A DNA stretch of 64,000 nt, from positions 983,192 through 1,047,191 of the forward strand of contig NW_027192193.1 in the NCBI RefSeq assembly GCF_041956535.1, read 5' to 3'. Source of the stretch: Calcarisporiella thermophila CBS 279.70. Lineage: Eukaryota > Fungi > Calcarisporiellomycota. Below are positions 12,937 through 25,724 of this stretch, in pieces. Each line of letters starts with the position of its first letter. Position 1 is the first letter of the stretch. The notes beneath the pieces were generated by a model. The model was given only the letters and a program-made list of their open reading frames with translations, made no database searches and was not told the origin of the DNA. A program made the position numbers and the translations under genes.

Positions 12937-14981
12937 TTAAAATACCCCTCGTATATCTCCTTTACGCTCTCGAATCTGCGCATCACTAACAAAGTAGAAT
13001 GGCACAAAGCCTACCACACCATTCTCCCAACATACACTCAGTAAACAGCCTCTTGCAAATTGCTTGGCAAAAGTTATGTAATAGGGTTTCGGCTCAGGCA
13101 CAACAATATCTTTGTCGGGGCTGGTAGAGATAGAAGTCGACGCGGTGGTCTGGGGGGCGGAGGATTGCGGGGATGGTTGCTCTGTGGGGAGCCATGTAGG
13201 GCCACGGATAAAGCCAACATGCAGGGCGAAATTAGCATCATCGGTGAGTGCGCTTGCTGGACGAAGCATAAAAACAGCGATAAGCTCAGATTGCTCGAAG
13301 GAAATAGCAAGTCGCTCTCCGGTGGGATCCAGCGCAATCTGATGAATAGATCCGCCCACTCTGCAAATAAAAAGGAAAAATTCAGTTTATATATGTTGGC
13401 TAAGAGGAAGGGCTATCTAGATCTATGATGGCTGAAATTTACTTGACTGATTTTCCAGTCGTCATGGAAGCATCGCATTCGGCAACAGATATAGGGGAGA
13501 ATTCCTTATATTCGAGCAGTTGTGATTTGAGAAAATGAAGAATATACACTTTGTCACCCCCATCAAGAGAATAGAGTAGATTGGATCCGTCGGGTGTCCA
13601 GCAAACAGTCTAGTATAGGTAATACGTAATAGGTAATAAATGTCAACCAAAATTCGAAATGAAATCTTAAGCGGATAGGATAGGCGTACCTTAACATGTG
13701 ATGGAAGCTTTCGTTTCACCTTTTTCATAGTCCAAGATTGTGTCTCAAATACACATAATGCATTATCACTGGTGGCAGCACACAAAAATTCTCCACTCGG
13801 ACTCCATTTAACATTTAATACTTCGCCGTGTAATCTAGGAAGCTCTACCACTCTTTCTACAACCACATCCCACACTGCCACCTTTCCGCCAGCAGCACCT
13901 GCTGCCAGCAGCTGTCCATCTGGATGCCATGATAAACTTGTATAGTTTTCAACTCCTTCACATCGTAAAAAGTTTAGCCATGCTGCTAGCACAGTGCCAT
14001 CAGCTCCATCCTCCAATGGTGGCCGCTCCTGAATAGAGATACGCCACAGGCAAATTCCCGCCTGAGAAGAGGCTGCAAGTATTGTACCAGAGAGCGGCTT
14101 CCATTCGAGGGCAGTAATTTCTTTCATGAAAGGTTTATGAACAAGCGCTTGCGGGATGTATGTTTCGCGTGAGAAGTCATAGAGGTAAATAATATCAGAG
14201 CGGTGAGCAATTGCAAAAAGATGTCGGTAAGGATGCCATGCCAGAGCTCTTGAAGGGAACTGTTGATAATTGGAGTGTAAGCGTTCGATAATACTGCTAT
14301 CTGACGATTTCTAAGGAATAGGGGATAAGTGAAAATTAAAAGTTGTAAAAGCTTCTTGTTATGAGGGTAAACTGGGATGCTTACTCTGCCAAAGACCCTT
14401 AATCTTAAAGGTTGTGTAATGTCATTCCAAAGAAAATTTGCAGCATCTAACAAATTTACTATCTGTCTAAATGGGAGAAAAAATAAATGGATGATTAGGA
14501 TAGCAATCTATTTTCAATCGAACTTACTCTTTCTTCCTACATTTCAATTGTAATAAGAAAAGGATTGTCACTAATGTGCATCAGTACGCAAATTATTTAA
14601 TCAGGACAACTCACCAAAAATTGACTTTCTTCTCAATTTCATCAATCCATTGTCGCATCGGATCTCCGCTTTCTGAGTTTCCACCCTTCAGTCCCAGAGG
14701 GTAGAAGGGTTTACCACTTTTGTGACTTTTGGCAGCGCTAGGAGTTGGGATCGGGATATTACGATACAGGGTGCCCTCTGCTCGGATATAACGCAAGAGA
14801 TTCGGATCGTTTGCTCTGCTAAGTGTGATGAGCTCAGAGTTCACCTCTGCTAAGGTGACTTCAAGCGGATTGGGTACTCGTATCCCATCAACTATATCAA
14901 GGTAGCAGGGAAAGTAAATGAGCTATTATAAGTGAGCAAATTAATCCAATATCTTATTAACTCACCCCTAAGTTTAGCCAT
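12937..14981 (-). CDS. AAAS: ALADIN (AAAS)-like WD40 nucleoporin
   Basis: N-terminal VTLAEVNSELIT, WD repeats, C-terminal GGSIHQIALDPTGERLA...GFIRG...FARGCLLSVCWENG..FVPFYF resembling ALADIN. Confidence 0.8.
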
Positions 14982-15210
14982 GAAATAATGTTCACGAAGA
15001 ATGTATGTTACGCGACAAGATTAATAGCTAACTTGAAATTCGAAAGCAAACAAATTTGTGACGCGTTTTTATTTAGCAGTGTTTAAATCAAGTAAAGAGT
15101 TTACGAAGAGTTTAAAAAGGAAAACTTAAACTTTTATTCAAAAAATAGTGTATGAGGGAATAAAATGCCAAAGGAGCATGAAATCTGAAAAAAAAAAATA
15201 TATTCCATAC

Positions 15211-17379
15211 TCAGAATTCCCTACATTAGAAATAGACGTAGGTTAATGATATAATATTTATGTGATTCGTGGAGTAAAGAGAAACTCACCATGCATTCGT
15301 CATATATTTCTGCACCGCCAAAAGTGCCTGATATCTTACTTCCGGATCTTCGTGGGTCATCAGCTCCATTATCCGTTGCTTTGCTCCAATTTCTTGAATG
15401 AATCTATATAGTATGACAATTAAATTATCCGAGTTCGCCTTCGCTCTAACAACTTTACTCACTTTTTCCCAGCATGGTGATGTTTAATATATTGCCCGAT
15501 ATCGTGGGCCGCTACAGCCAACACAGTTGTATCCGAAGAGGTTGATAATAGTCGTGCTAATATTTTTAGTAGCTCGTGATCATTTTCGTTAAGCCGAGGA
15601 GCATTCTGCTTCCAGAATTGCTCGGACTGGTGGGGGGGCGACCACTCCAACCTCCTGGAACGGATTTCAGTTGCATATTCTTCGAAAGTTCTATATGAAA
15701 GGCCAAAATTTAGTGAGCTGAAAAGAGGAATTCCAAGAATATATATTTACGATAAGCTTTGGAAATTCTCTTGTAAAATTGACTGGAGTACTTCGATATC
15801 TTCCATTATTTCTTGATCGCTCCATTTACGTCCGGCGAGGTTTTCACAGAATGGCAGCATTTTAGCAACCAGCATTGCTGGAAGATTTTGCTCGGGCGCT
15901 TTTTCAACTAAGTTCTTTAATTAACAATTTTGGATTAGATTATGCGTATGTTGTTAAATAAGAAGGATGTCAAAAATACCCTAAATGTCGCTACAATAAC
16001 TCGGATAACCTTTTCTTTAATTGCTGACTTAGCAATATCAATCAGTGTAGGGATAATACCGTACTGCCTATTTATTTTTTAATATGAATTCTTGTTTTAA
16101 GTGCTGGAGGCATTTTACCACATACTTGTTAAGAAGGGCTGCATATTCATCTTCAAAGCTTAAGAGCCACAAGCAGAAAATGGTCTGGTAATTCATCTGT
16201 GGAGATGGGCTGCGCTGGAATATATTGACAAGCCTAAAAATTTGTATAAAGAAAATTAATTTTATATGTGATTAATAATAACCATAAAATAGCATATTAC
16301 GAATCCATTCCACGGGGTGTTTCCCAAAATAATTTGCGATATTCACGCGACCTCAACAGCGATTCAAGGACCTGCACAGCTAGGTCGTAGACGTTTGGAT
16401 TACTGTTTTGAAGTTGAGTTACTATCCATTGGAAGAACTCGGTAAAATTGACAGAAGGAGGATTTGGCGCAGAGCTAATTGAAGATAAAACGGTAAGACT
16501 AACCTATGTATCTTTCAGGAATACTGATGGTCACTCACCAGATAAGAATTGTCAAAATCTTGCTTGCCTTCAATGGCACAAAATCGTTGTCCATTTTGAT
16601 ACACCTTTGAATAGAAATATTTAGCTTAATGAGTAAAACGAAAAATTTTGCAACTCACCTCAAAAAAGGCGCAAAAGGAAGCTCAGGATTCTCAGCTGAG
16701 AGCTTGTGGAAATGAGCAGTACGCTCATTGTGATCTGTGAGAAATTAAATCAAATAATTAAAAAAGGAACAAACAAATTGAAAATATTACGATATTTAAT
16801 ACCTGTGAGCATGTCATCCACCAGCACCAAAATGTATTGAACAGTCTCCACGCGAACGAGTTTTTGCAATAAATTAATATAGAGTTTAGCATATTGGTCG
16901 CCATCCTTTTTGTTGGATTAAATAATATTAATTGCTATATTTATGAGGCGCCTAAATTATATTTTTCATACCTTGTCCATAACTCTTTTAATCTCTTCAG
17001 GAGATTTTTTGTCGACACGTTTGATTAGCTGGAGTTCTTCTTGAGTGATGAGAGTCGCACGTTGATATCCCTATTAAATTCATTACAGGTCAATGACGCG
17101 TCCATTTCACAATCAGTTCACAATGAATTCTAAAAAGAATAAACACAGCCAGACTATTATAGAAGTGTAATCTCACTCATAGTGGCGGTGGAAACATTTA
17201 AAAAGTAAGGCAAAGTTTATTTCTTTTACCTCCCAAGGGATTGGCCGAGAGCGCATTTGAGTAGTGTAATCTTCAATATATCCATTAGCTACTAACGCAA
17301 GGGGAACATCGGGTACATTTGAATCATCATGTTGCTGCTGTGAACTGCTGTGTTGATATTGCCCTAGTGATGTAGCCAT
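15211..17379 (-). CDS. VMA13: V-ATPase V1 subunit H
   Basis: RSRPIPWE|GYQRA, KEKVIRV, LEWSPPHQSEQFWKQNA, AVAAHDIGQY, VRYQALLAVQKYM; many short introns. Confidence 0.94.
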
Positions 17380-17575
17380 AATGATACCAGGAGTTTTCTG
17401 TAATTAAATCTTATGAACAAAGGAGAGTTGAGCGGGGGTTAGACTTCGAGAATTTGTGACGGCTATTGTGACTAATCTCATACGTTAGAAAACATGGCCG
17501 AGACCTACTACTCATCTCTTGAAAATCTTTATTTTAATACGATAGTTTCGACATTTGTAATCATTTGTTGATAAT

Positions 17576-18093
17576 ATGTCGTACTGTAGAAAGGAAGAAG
17601 ACGGCAAGGATATCCTCATTTTTCTGGAAAAAGAGGATGCAAGCGAGAAAGTGATTACAGACGCAGTTGGAGAGCAACAGCCAATCGCTCAGGAGAGTGG
17701 TGAATCTGCAATTGGGTAAAGACTCCTCTCTTGTTCGCTTGCTTTTTCCATTCTTTTTGTTTCCTTAAATTAATAATCATAAAATTTTTCTAATTTTCCA
17801 GCCCGGATGGCGAGATTAACTGGGATTGTCCTTGTCTAGGTGGCATGGCCAATGGGCCGTGTGGAGAGAAATTTAAAGCAGCATTCTCTTGCTTTGTATA
17901 CTCTACTGCGGAACCAAAAGGTATTGATTGTGTAGACAACTTCCGGGCCATGCAAGACTGTTTCCGCGAATATCCAGAGGTATACGCTGATGAAATAGCA
18001 GACGATGAAGCTGAAGACGCAACGCCTGGAGAGGAATTAGTGGAGAAAAAAGTAGAAGAGACAGCCAAAGAGGAGCTTGAAACTAAGGCATAG
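17576..18093 (+). CDS. MIA40: Mitochondrial IMS import receptor Mia40/CHCHD4 (short soluble type)
   Basis: [31 protein letters not shown]...[13 protein letters not shown] (CPC plus twin CX9C); one intron. Confidence 0.93.
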
Positions 18094-18616
18094 AAACTAG
18101 AATATTATATGTGCTAATATCCCCCTTCAACTATTAACCTGTTCGAAGCTCTTTCTTATTTTGTCGTTTGAAAACTTAGTTTCTCTATTTTATTACGAAT
18201 GATTATGCTAAAAAGGGATAAAATGTACATTTTTTTTGTTTTCTTTTGAAACAAGGAGGAGGATTTGTTAAATAAAGGATCTCTGTTTTATAGTTTAATT
18301 AGCTGTTAATATTCAAACCGTTATTACAAAACGTGTGATGCATTAAGATAGGTATCTGTGTCCTAGTTTGTATCTACTAATATGTATAAACTATATGGGA
18401 GCTTACCGCCATATTATCATTATATTACAATTATTCTCAGAAAAGGAGAACATGAAATCACAATATGCCATAAGAATAAAAGTAGGGGTCTTCAAGCTTG
18501 TGAATGTCGGATTAGGAGATGAAGGATGTAAAGAGAAATAAAATCACTGACAAGGTAAAAACACGTCTAATGTATCAATAGTAGTCACAAAGCAAAGTTC
18601 AGACTGGTATTTTAAA

Positions 18617-19536
18617 TTAGCTCTTAAGAGCTTGTAAACGTGCTTGCATTTCATCTAACTCCAACTCATCTTCTTCCACAGGTAGCTCGGGAATCTCTAG
18701 AGGAGCACCAACTTGTCCTGCTTCCCCGAGTAAACCTAAATAAAACGAAATGAAAAAAAAAAAGAATCAGATAAATATCAAGGGGGATAACTCGAGTAAA
18801 GAACATACCGTCAGTAACTTCGAAAAGAATCTTGCTCACTTCTTCTTCAGCCTCTTCCTCCACTTCTTCATCATCTAATGATTCAAGTGTATCTTGTATC
18901 ATTTCCTCCATTATCCCTGCCTATCGAGAAAATGGATAAGTCATTCATATAGTGTGAGGTCAAAAATTAACCCAAATATACTTTGGTCATTTCCATCGAC
19001 ATATCCTGCATTGCTTTTGATATTTGTGGCAACTTAACGAGTTCGTTTACTAGATGCATGACTTCCGTGCTTTTACTAAGTGTGCCGGAAACTTTAACTA
19101 GAGCTACAGAAAAGTGATATAGAGTTGTTAGCCTACTGTATCAAAAACTTTATATAATAGGCTCATCTATGACAGCTTACCCATTTGATGCTGTAGTTGC
19201 ATTAGAATGGAATTCAATTGCGCCTTACTTGTATAAAGACGATCTTTTTGCTTACGCGTTCTTATGATCTCCTTGGCAAGCATACGGCACGATCGAACAT
19301 CGTTTTTTTTCGCAAGTGTTTTTAAAGTTTGTCGTACCTTTACTTCCTCACGCTCAATGTTCTGGAGCTGGCGGTTTAGGTGACGCTCTTCAGTACGGAT
19401 CTGTTGTCTCCATTTGCGAACCTAAAATACAGATATGCCACAGTATAAATAAAAGAGGAAACAATATAAGAATCTTAAATATAGCCACCATCTCTTCTGG
19501 TTTTGGCTTCGAGAACCAGCGCTGTACCGTATCCAT
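18617..19536 (-). CDS. VPS24: ESCRT-III subunit Vps24/CHMP3
   Basis: KPKPEEM|VRKWRQQIR, SKAQLNSILMQL, EEEAEEEVSKILFEVTDG, C-terminal MQARLQALKS. Confidence 0.9.
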
Positions 19537-19870
19537 TTGATTATATTTTGTTATAAAGATGAGATGTAAAAAATTTGGCCAAGAATAGAACAGGGCCTGA
19601 GATTCATACTATGGCTGCGCCTCTTGATAGATTTTCATTTTCTGAATATCCTTCAGCAACTCTAAAGAAACTAGTATTGTCTATAACTAAAAGGTATAAT
19701 GCAAGAGCTAAGAAATGGTAAAACTAATCTATTATTGTTTGTTTATCATCTTCGCATCTCCTCGTATTCTAATCGAAAAAATTTTATTTGAATTACTTTA
19801 GACTAATGATGCTAAAACTCCACACAAAAATGTTACTTCCTTCAGCAATCGCGACCTAATAAGTCCAGGA

Positions 19871-22800
19871 ATGGCTGCAGCACTCGAGAGCATCGCTACT
19901 CTTAACGACGATGACTATTATTCAACTACTTCAGACGAATTTGATACAGTTTCGTTAAATAATAACAAGAAAATCGACTGTTCCTCCACTACGCGATGCG
20001 ATCCCACTAAAGATTCGATCTCAACGTGTACACAGAAAAACTCTTCTTTGCTAACCCAACCAATATCTTCAGAAAAACGTGTAACGCGTAGCTCTGCCAG
20101 GGTGGCCACACCTAACTCCAAAAATACCTCGAATTTCCTTACCCAAATACCATCTTTCGAGTCTTCGAAGAGAACCAGCCAGGGAAAAACAATTGCTAGC
20201 GAGAGTGATTCAGACGATACTGATTTTGAATTCGATAATAATCCACTCAGCCAACCAACAAGACCACGAAAACATATCAAAACGAGCATTAGTTCATCGC
20301 AATCAAAGAGAAGTAAAGGTATTGGAAGCGGAAAAGGTGGTTCCAATGGTATCAATTCGAGTTTATCACGCCGACAATCTGGTCAAAAGGGCAACAATAT
20401 TAGTATCAAAAAAAGTGCGAGCACTACCGCAGGAGCTTCGCTAACAGCAAGAAGTTGGAAATTTCCTTCACTACGTGAAGGTAAAGAGAAGGTTAATACC
20501 GATAGTATTTCCGCAGACAAAAGTGAAGCTATCGATCTAATGCAGCAGAAACTTGTATCGTGGGCAGAACGAAAAGCTTACTTGGATAATCGGTTATGGG
20601 TAGACAAGTATCAGCCCCAAAATAGCGTAACATATCTACTTTAGTCTAATATTCGTTTTACTGATAAATAATCTCCATTCCATTGCAGTCAGATTTAGCT
20701 GTGCATAAGCGAAAAGTCGCCGAAGTTCGAGATTGGCTCAATCATACATTGAATGCAAAAGGCAGTGAGGTATATAGTTACCACTTCTTAATCGGAATAT
20801 GGTCTAATTTTTTCGTCTCTATTTTTTTTATAAAAAAATTAATAATTCTACGTTCAATTCCAGCAAGCAGGTCGGGTGCTGGTACTTACTGGACCTGCTG
20901 GCTGTGGTAAAACAGCAGTAATTAAGACGCTTGCCATCGAGCTGAATATTACGATTATCGAATGGGTCAACCCTATTAATGAAAATGTAATAGGTATGAA
21001 ACTTGTAGACAGTGAAAGCTCATCGGATGAATCGGAGGGTACGTTTCTCTATTTCCAATGAAAGTGTTATTCGCTAATAGCTGCGATATTTTAGGATATG
21101 TGCCGGTTCTTCAACGTTTTCGTGAATTCCTCTCTCGCGCTGAAAAATACCCTTCTCTAGCGTTCACAACAGCTGCAGCTTCTTCATCTCTTACCTCTAC
21201 ACCTCAACCCATATTACCCTCGCCTATCTCTTCTTCTTCGCCTGCTAATCAGAAACTTCTTCTTCTTGAGGACCTCCCGAATCTCTCAAACCCACGCATT
21301 AGGGCGGAATTTCATTATCTCTTAAGGAGATTTTCCCACAATGGGAGAAGTAAGTATCCGTTGGTAATCATTGTCAGTGAATCTACGATGGGAGGAGACA
21401 CAAGTGGCAGCGATAAGCAAAGAGAAAGAATACGGGATAAATGGACTAGTGTTAGGGGAATAATTCCACCGGAAGTGATAGCTAATGGAACGTTTTATCA
21501 TCAAATTAAGTATGGATTTTGGCTTATTATTGGAAATTGAATTGAATGAACAGTAGCTAAAATTAACATTTTATTTAACAGCTTCAATCCTATTGCGCCC
21601 ACGTTTATCCTCAAAGTTCTGAAAGCAATAGCAAGGGCTGAACAATCCCAATCTGACTCAGCTCATCTTAATTCTATCGTGCAGATTAGTAACGGTGATT
21701 TGCGCTCCGCTATTCATGCATTGCAGTTTCACGGCGTAATGCCTATAGTAGACTCACCTCCCTCTCTGCCTCTAAGTTCAAAAGGGAAAACAAAATCTAA
21801 AGCAAAGAAAATAGATATGACCGACTTCGACATTCCTAATATTGAGGGAATAGGAATTTGTGGAAGAGAGCAGAACTTAGATTTATTTCATGCCATCGGA
21901 AAAGTATTATATGGGAAGCGAATATCTGACTTAACGAGAGAAAATAATGAAGAGGGTGAAAATTGGTCGCAGAATTCTGTCAATTCAATTGAGAAGCAAC
22001 AACATCCTAAAAACCTTTGCGAGTTTGATCGAAGTTCTCTCAAAACCAATCCAGAATCACTACTTGACCAGCTTCCTGTTGAACACTCACTGTTTCGTCT
22101 CTTTCTTCACCGTAACTATCCTGCATTTCGAACCGATGTCGAGGAGTGTGCTGCTGCTATCGAATGGTTAAGCCTTGGAGACTGGATGGTAGGCAAGGCC
22201 AGAATAGAAAATACTGGAGTGATGGATTATTATGCTTCGGCACTTGCAGCAAGAGGACTGATGTTTTCACGCGTAAACCCGGTACCAACTCCCCCAAGAA
22301 CAATGTTTGGACCTACAGACTACTTCTCAGTAAGTCGGAATACTTCGAGACTTGCTCCTTTGTACCGTGAGATTATCCACATGATTGAAAGTGGTATAAG
22401 TATTGAAACCACGGGAAAATTGCGCAATGGTAGAGAAAATCTAAGTAACGCTAATGGGTGGAGTGATCAAGCTCTTAAGTGTGAAATTATCCCGACAATT
22501 GCCAACATGGCAAAATCAAGTAGAGAAATTCGAGAAAACCTCCAGCAAGGTGCGTATTTTCATTATAGAATGATTAACTGACCAAATAACCATTATATAT
22601 CTACATAATAGAGCAACTTCGTTTTCTCCAGGAAATCTCTCATTACACACTGGATCTCGAGTATCCTTGGGGCAGATCATTAAGCCGAAGGCAGTATCAA
22701 GCAGTAGGCTTCGAAGAAGCAATTGAAGATGCAGAAGCTGCTAACGAAGCTCAACAAATGCATCCTGTAACCAAATCTGCAAGTACATTTGCTGGTGAAT

Positions 22801-22949
22801 GTATTGAGGATGGCACCAAGCTGCTTTTACCAGAAGAAGCTATTGAAGCTGTGGAAGACAGAGTCTCAACAACACCTCCTCCTCTTGTAACAGTGGAAGT
22901 AAAAGAGAACCCTTACTTATTGGAAGATGATATTGAGGAATTTGATTGA
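19871..22949 (+). CDS. RAD17: Checkpoint clamp loader Rad17/Rad24
   Basis: LWVDKYQP, LAVHKRKV, Walker A GPAGCGKT, LLLEDLPN, GDLRSAI, LFHAIGKVLYGKR, acidic tail EDDIEEFD. Confidence 0.93.
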
Positions 22950-23172
22950 AGGATGTTGTTTCTGTATTTTACCCACCTCTCTCCTCATCCTTGTTCAGCT
23001 CACCTTTTGATTCATCTGATAGTTTTCTCAAAATATTTGTACATAAGACTTGTAATATAATCCAATTAAAATAATTAATAATTTATTCCATTCCCTTCCG
23101 ATTTGCGTCGTGAAAAATTTGGTGCATGTCACTTAAGCGAGTTGCTTAATGTCCTTATCAATAGCAGCTCGC

Positions 23173-24224
23173 TCAAACACCAAATCCAATCCTTCCTCTA
23201 GACTTGTTCCTTACGCCTTCAACAAATTGCTTCTCCAGCTCATGGTTTACCCGTTTTGCATAATTACTGTCAATTGCAGTTTTTGCTGCCCCGTTCTCTT
23301 TCTTCACTACCCCTCTATCGTCTTGGTTGGATTGACTATTGGTAGATTTTTTGGCCCCAAGAAGCCGAAGAAATTTATCCTTTTTCGCTTGATCTCCATC
23401 GAAAGAAGCAGCTGCCCAGTTATTCCAGCTACCTGTTGCCATCGGTGCAGCCTTCATAAAATGATAAAAGTTAATATAAGCAAACTTGGTATAAAAATTA
23501 GAATTCTGCCATTACTTTATCTTTCTCATCATCTCTTTCCAATTTCCTCATTGATAGCTCTTTATTTCCGCTACTTTCTTCTGTAACTTTACTTTCGTCA
23601 GTGCGCTCTAACTTCGTTTTCTTCTCTTTCTTTTTTCTTTTAAGCTTAGCCTGCTTCTTTTCATCACCTAGAATAAGGAATCATAAGCAATAAATGTGAG
23701 CCGGTGCTGCTAGATAGATACATGCCTTCGCATTCTTTTTCGTCATCGACTGAGTCCACGCTACTTCTTTTCTTTTTTTTCTCATCTCCCTTCTTTTCCT
23801 TTTTCACCTTTTCCTTCTTTGCTTTCTTCGAAATCTTCTTACCCTCCTCACCCTCCTTACCCTCCCTACCCTCCTTACCCTCCTTATCCTTCTTATCCTT
23901 TTTGCTCTTCTTTACCTCCTGTTCCTCTGCATCCTTCTTTCCCTTATCTTCCTCTTTCATTTGCTCCCCAGTCTCTTTTTCCTTCTTCTTTTTCTTCTTC
24001 GAAGTTACATCAGGCTCCTCTTCACTCCGTTTCCGCTTCGAGCTAGTCGGTAAATCATTATTGTTTTCTCTCTCTAACTTGGTCACCTTATTATCAGCCG
24101 AGCTTGCATTTTGATCTGCAGATTCCTCCATTTTAACCTTCTTCTTACTCTTTTTCTCAAACTTCATTACCTCCAATTCACCGTCCACCTTTGAATCTTT
24201 CTTTTCCTTCATTTGCCTCCCCAT
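23173..24224 (-). CDS. Lys/Glu-rich nucleolar-type protein with C-terminal SMAP domain
   Basis: KKE-rich body; WAAASFDGDQAKKDKFLRLLGAKK...ELEKQF...GIGF. Confidence 0.75.
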
Positions 24225-24414
24225 TATTATATTTTGAATAAAGAGAGAAACAACAAAACACGAGAATTAAAAAACCAACAGTCACACTTTTGTTCAAGAA
24301 TCCCCGAGCGATTGTTCCTCTCTTGCTCTCAGATATTCAATTCGCTTCTTTTTTAACTCTTTATATTTTTACATTTTCTTCCTTCATTTAAGATTGATTT
24401 TTTTTTTTCTAACT

Positions 24415-25349
24415 ATGGCCTCTTTTATAAGAGCTTTTATGGACTGGCTCCGCAGTCTTTTTTTTAAAGTAAGTTTATAATTACATTAACAAATTACTCA
24501 GTAAATGATATAAAATGATTTATTCTAATAATTTTAAATATTAAATTGATTTTATTGTTGAAATCTTTGTATTATATGTAGAGCGAGATGGAGTTAACTT
24601 TAGTAGGACTGCAAAATAGTGGCAAGACGACACTTGTGAACGTGTTGGCCGTAAGTTACTTTACCTATATTTTATTTTCTTCAGCTTTATATCATTTTAT
24701 GGAGTTCCCTTTTGATCCCTTACAATTCACCGATAACTTTTATCCTTTATTTTTATATGCTTTATTTACTCTGTATTATGTGTTTTACAGACAGGTCAAT
24801 TTAGTGAGGATATGATCCCGACCGTAGGATTCAATATGCGAAAAATTACAAAGGGAAATGTGACCATGAAATTATGGGATATTGGTGGACAGCCACGATT
24901 TAGGAGCATGTGGGAGCGATATTGCCGAGGTGTTAATGCTATAGTGTAGGTTAAATTGCCATTTTAACATTTATTAAAACGTTGATTTGTTTTAAAAAAA
25001 AAATATAGATTTGTAGTAGATGCGGCAGACCATGATAAACTTGACGCAGCACGAACTGAACTTAAAAGCCTACTTGAGAAGCCACTAGTAGCAAATATCC
25101 CAGTACTGGTACTTGGAAACAAGAATGATCTTCCAGGGGCTCTTGGTGTCAATGAGCTCATTAACGCCCTGTAAGTACTCAACACCCAAATTTAACTTTA
25201 TTGAAATCTTGGCTTAACTTTTTATCAATAGGAATCTAAAGTCAATAGCCAACCGCGAGGTGTCTTGCTACTCTATCTCAGCGAAAAACAATGTAAACCT
25301 GGATGTGACTCTACAATGGCTGATAAAGAAGGGAAAAGGCGCCAAGTAG
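24415..25349 (+). CDS. ARL8: Arf-like GTPase Arl8
   Basis: [61 protein letters not shown]. Confidence 0.94.
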
Positions 25350-25724
25350 AGTAATGAACGGTATTTTTTTCCTCCAATGCCCTGGTTTTTCGTGTATACA
25401 CTTTTTTCTATTTTTTTTTTCCCTATCTAATTTGTGTACGTTATAATAGTCGAAGCGTCTTGTTTTTACTCCAAATATTTGCTTTTTTTTTCTTTTATAC
25501 AATCTTGTTTTTGATATTTTTTTGCGAATATATTCGCGTCCTATCTTTAGGTGTCGTTTTACCCTACCATATTTTGTGTTTGTTCGAAGCTTCTCATTCT
25601 GATCTTTAGTTTCTATTTTCAATATTATTGCGGCTCTCTGAATCTATTTCTATAAATGTTTTTGCTTATTGTTTCGCTTCCCCAATCGAAGAGATATTAA
25701 CATCATTCTTGACATGATATCATA

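Noticed and set aside
23704-24114. Phe/Ser-rich and PPY-repeat + strand ORFs
   Set aside because: Antisense of the Lys/Glu-rich SMAP-domain gene
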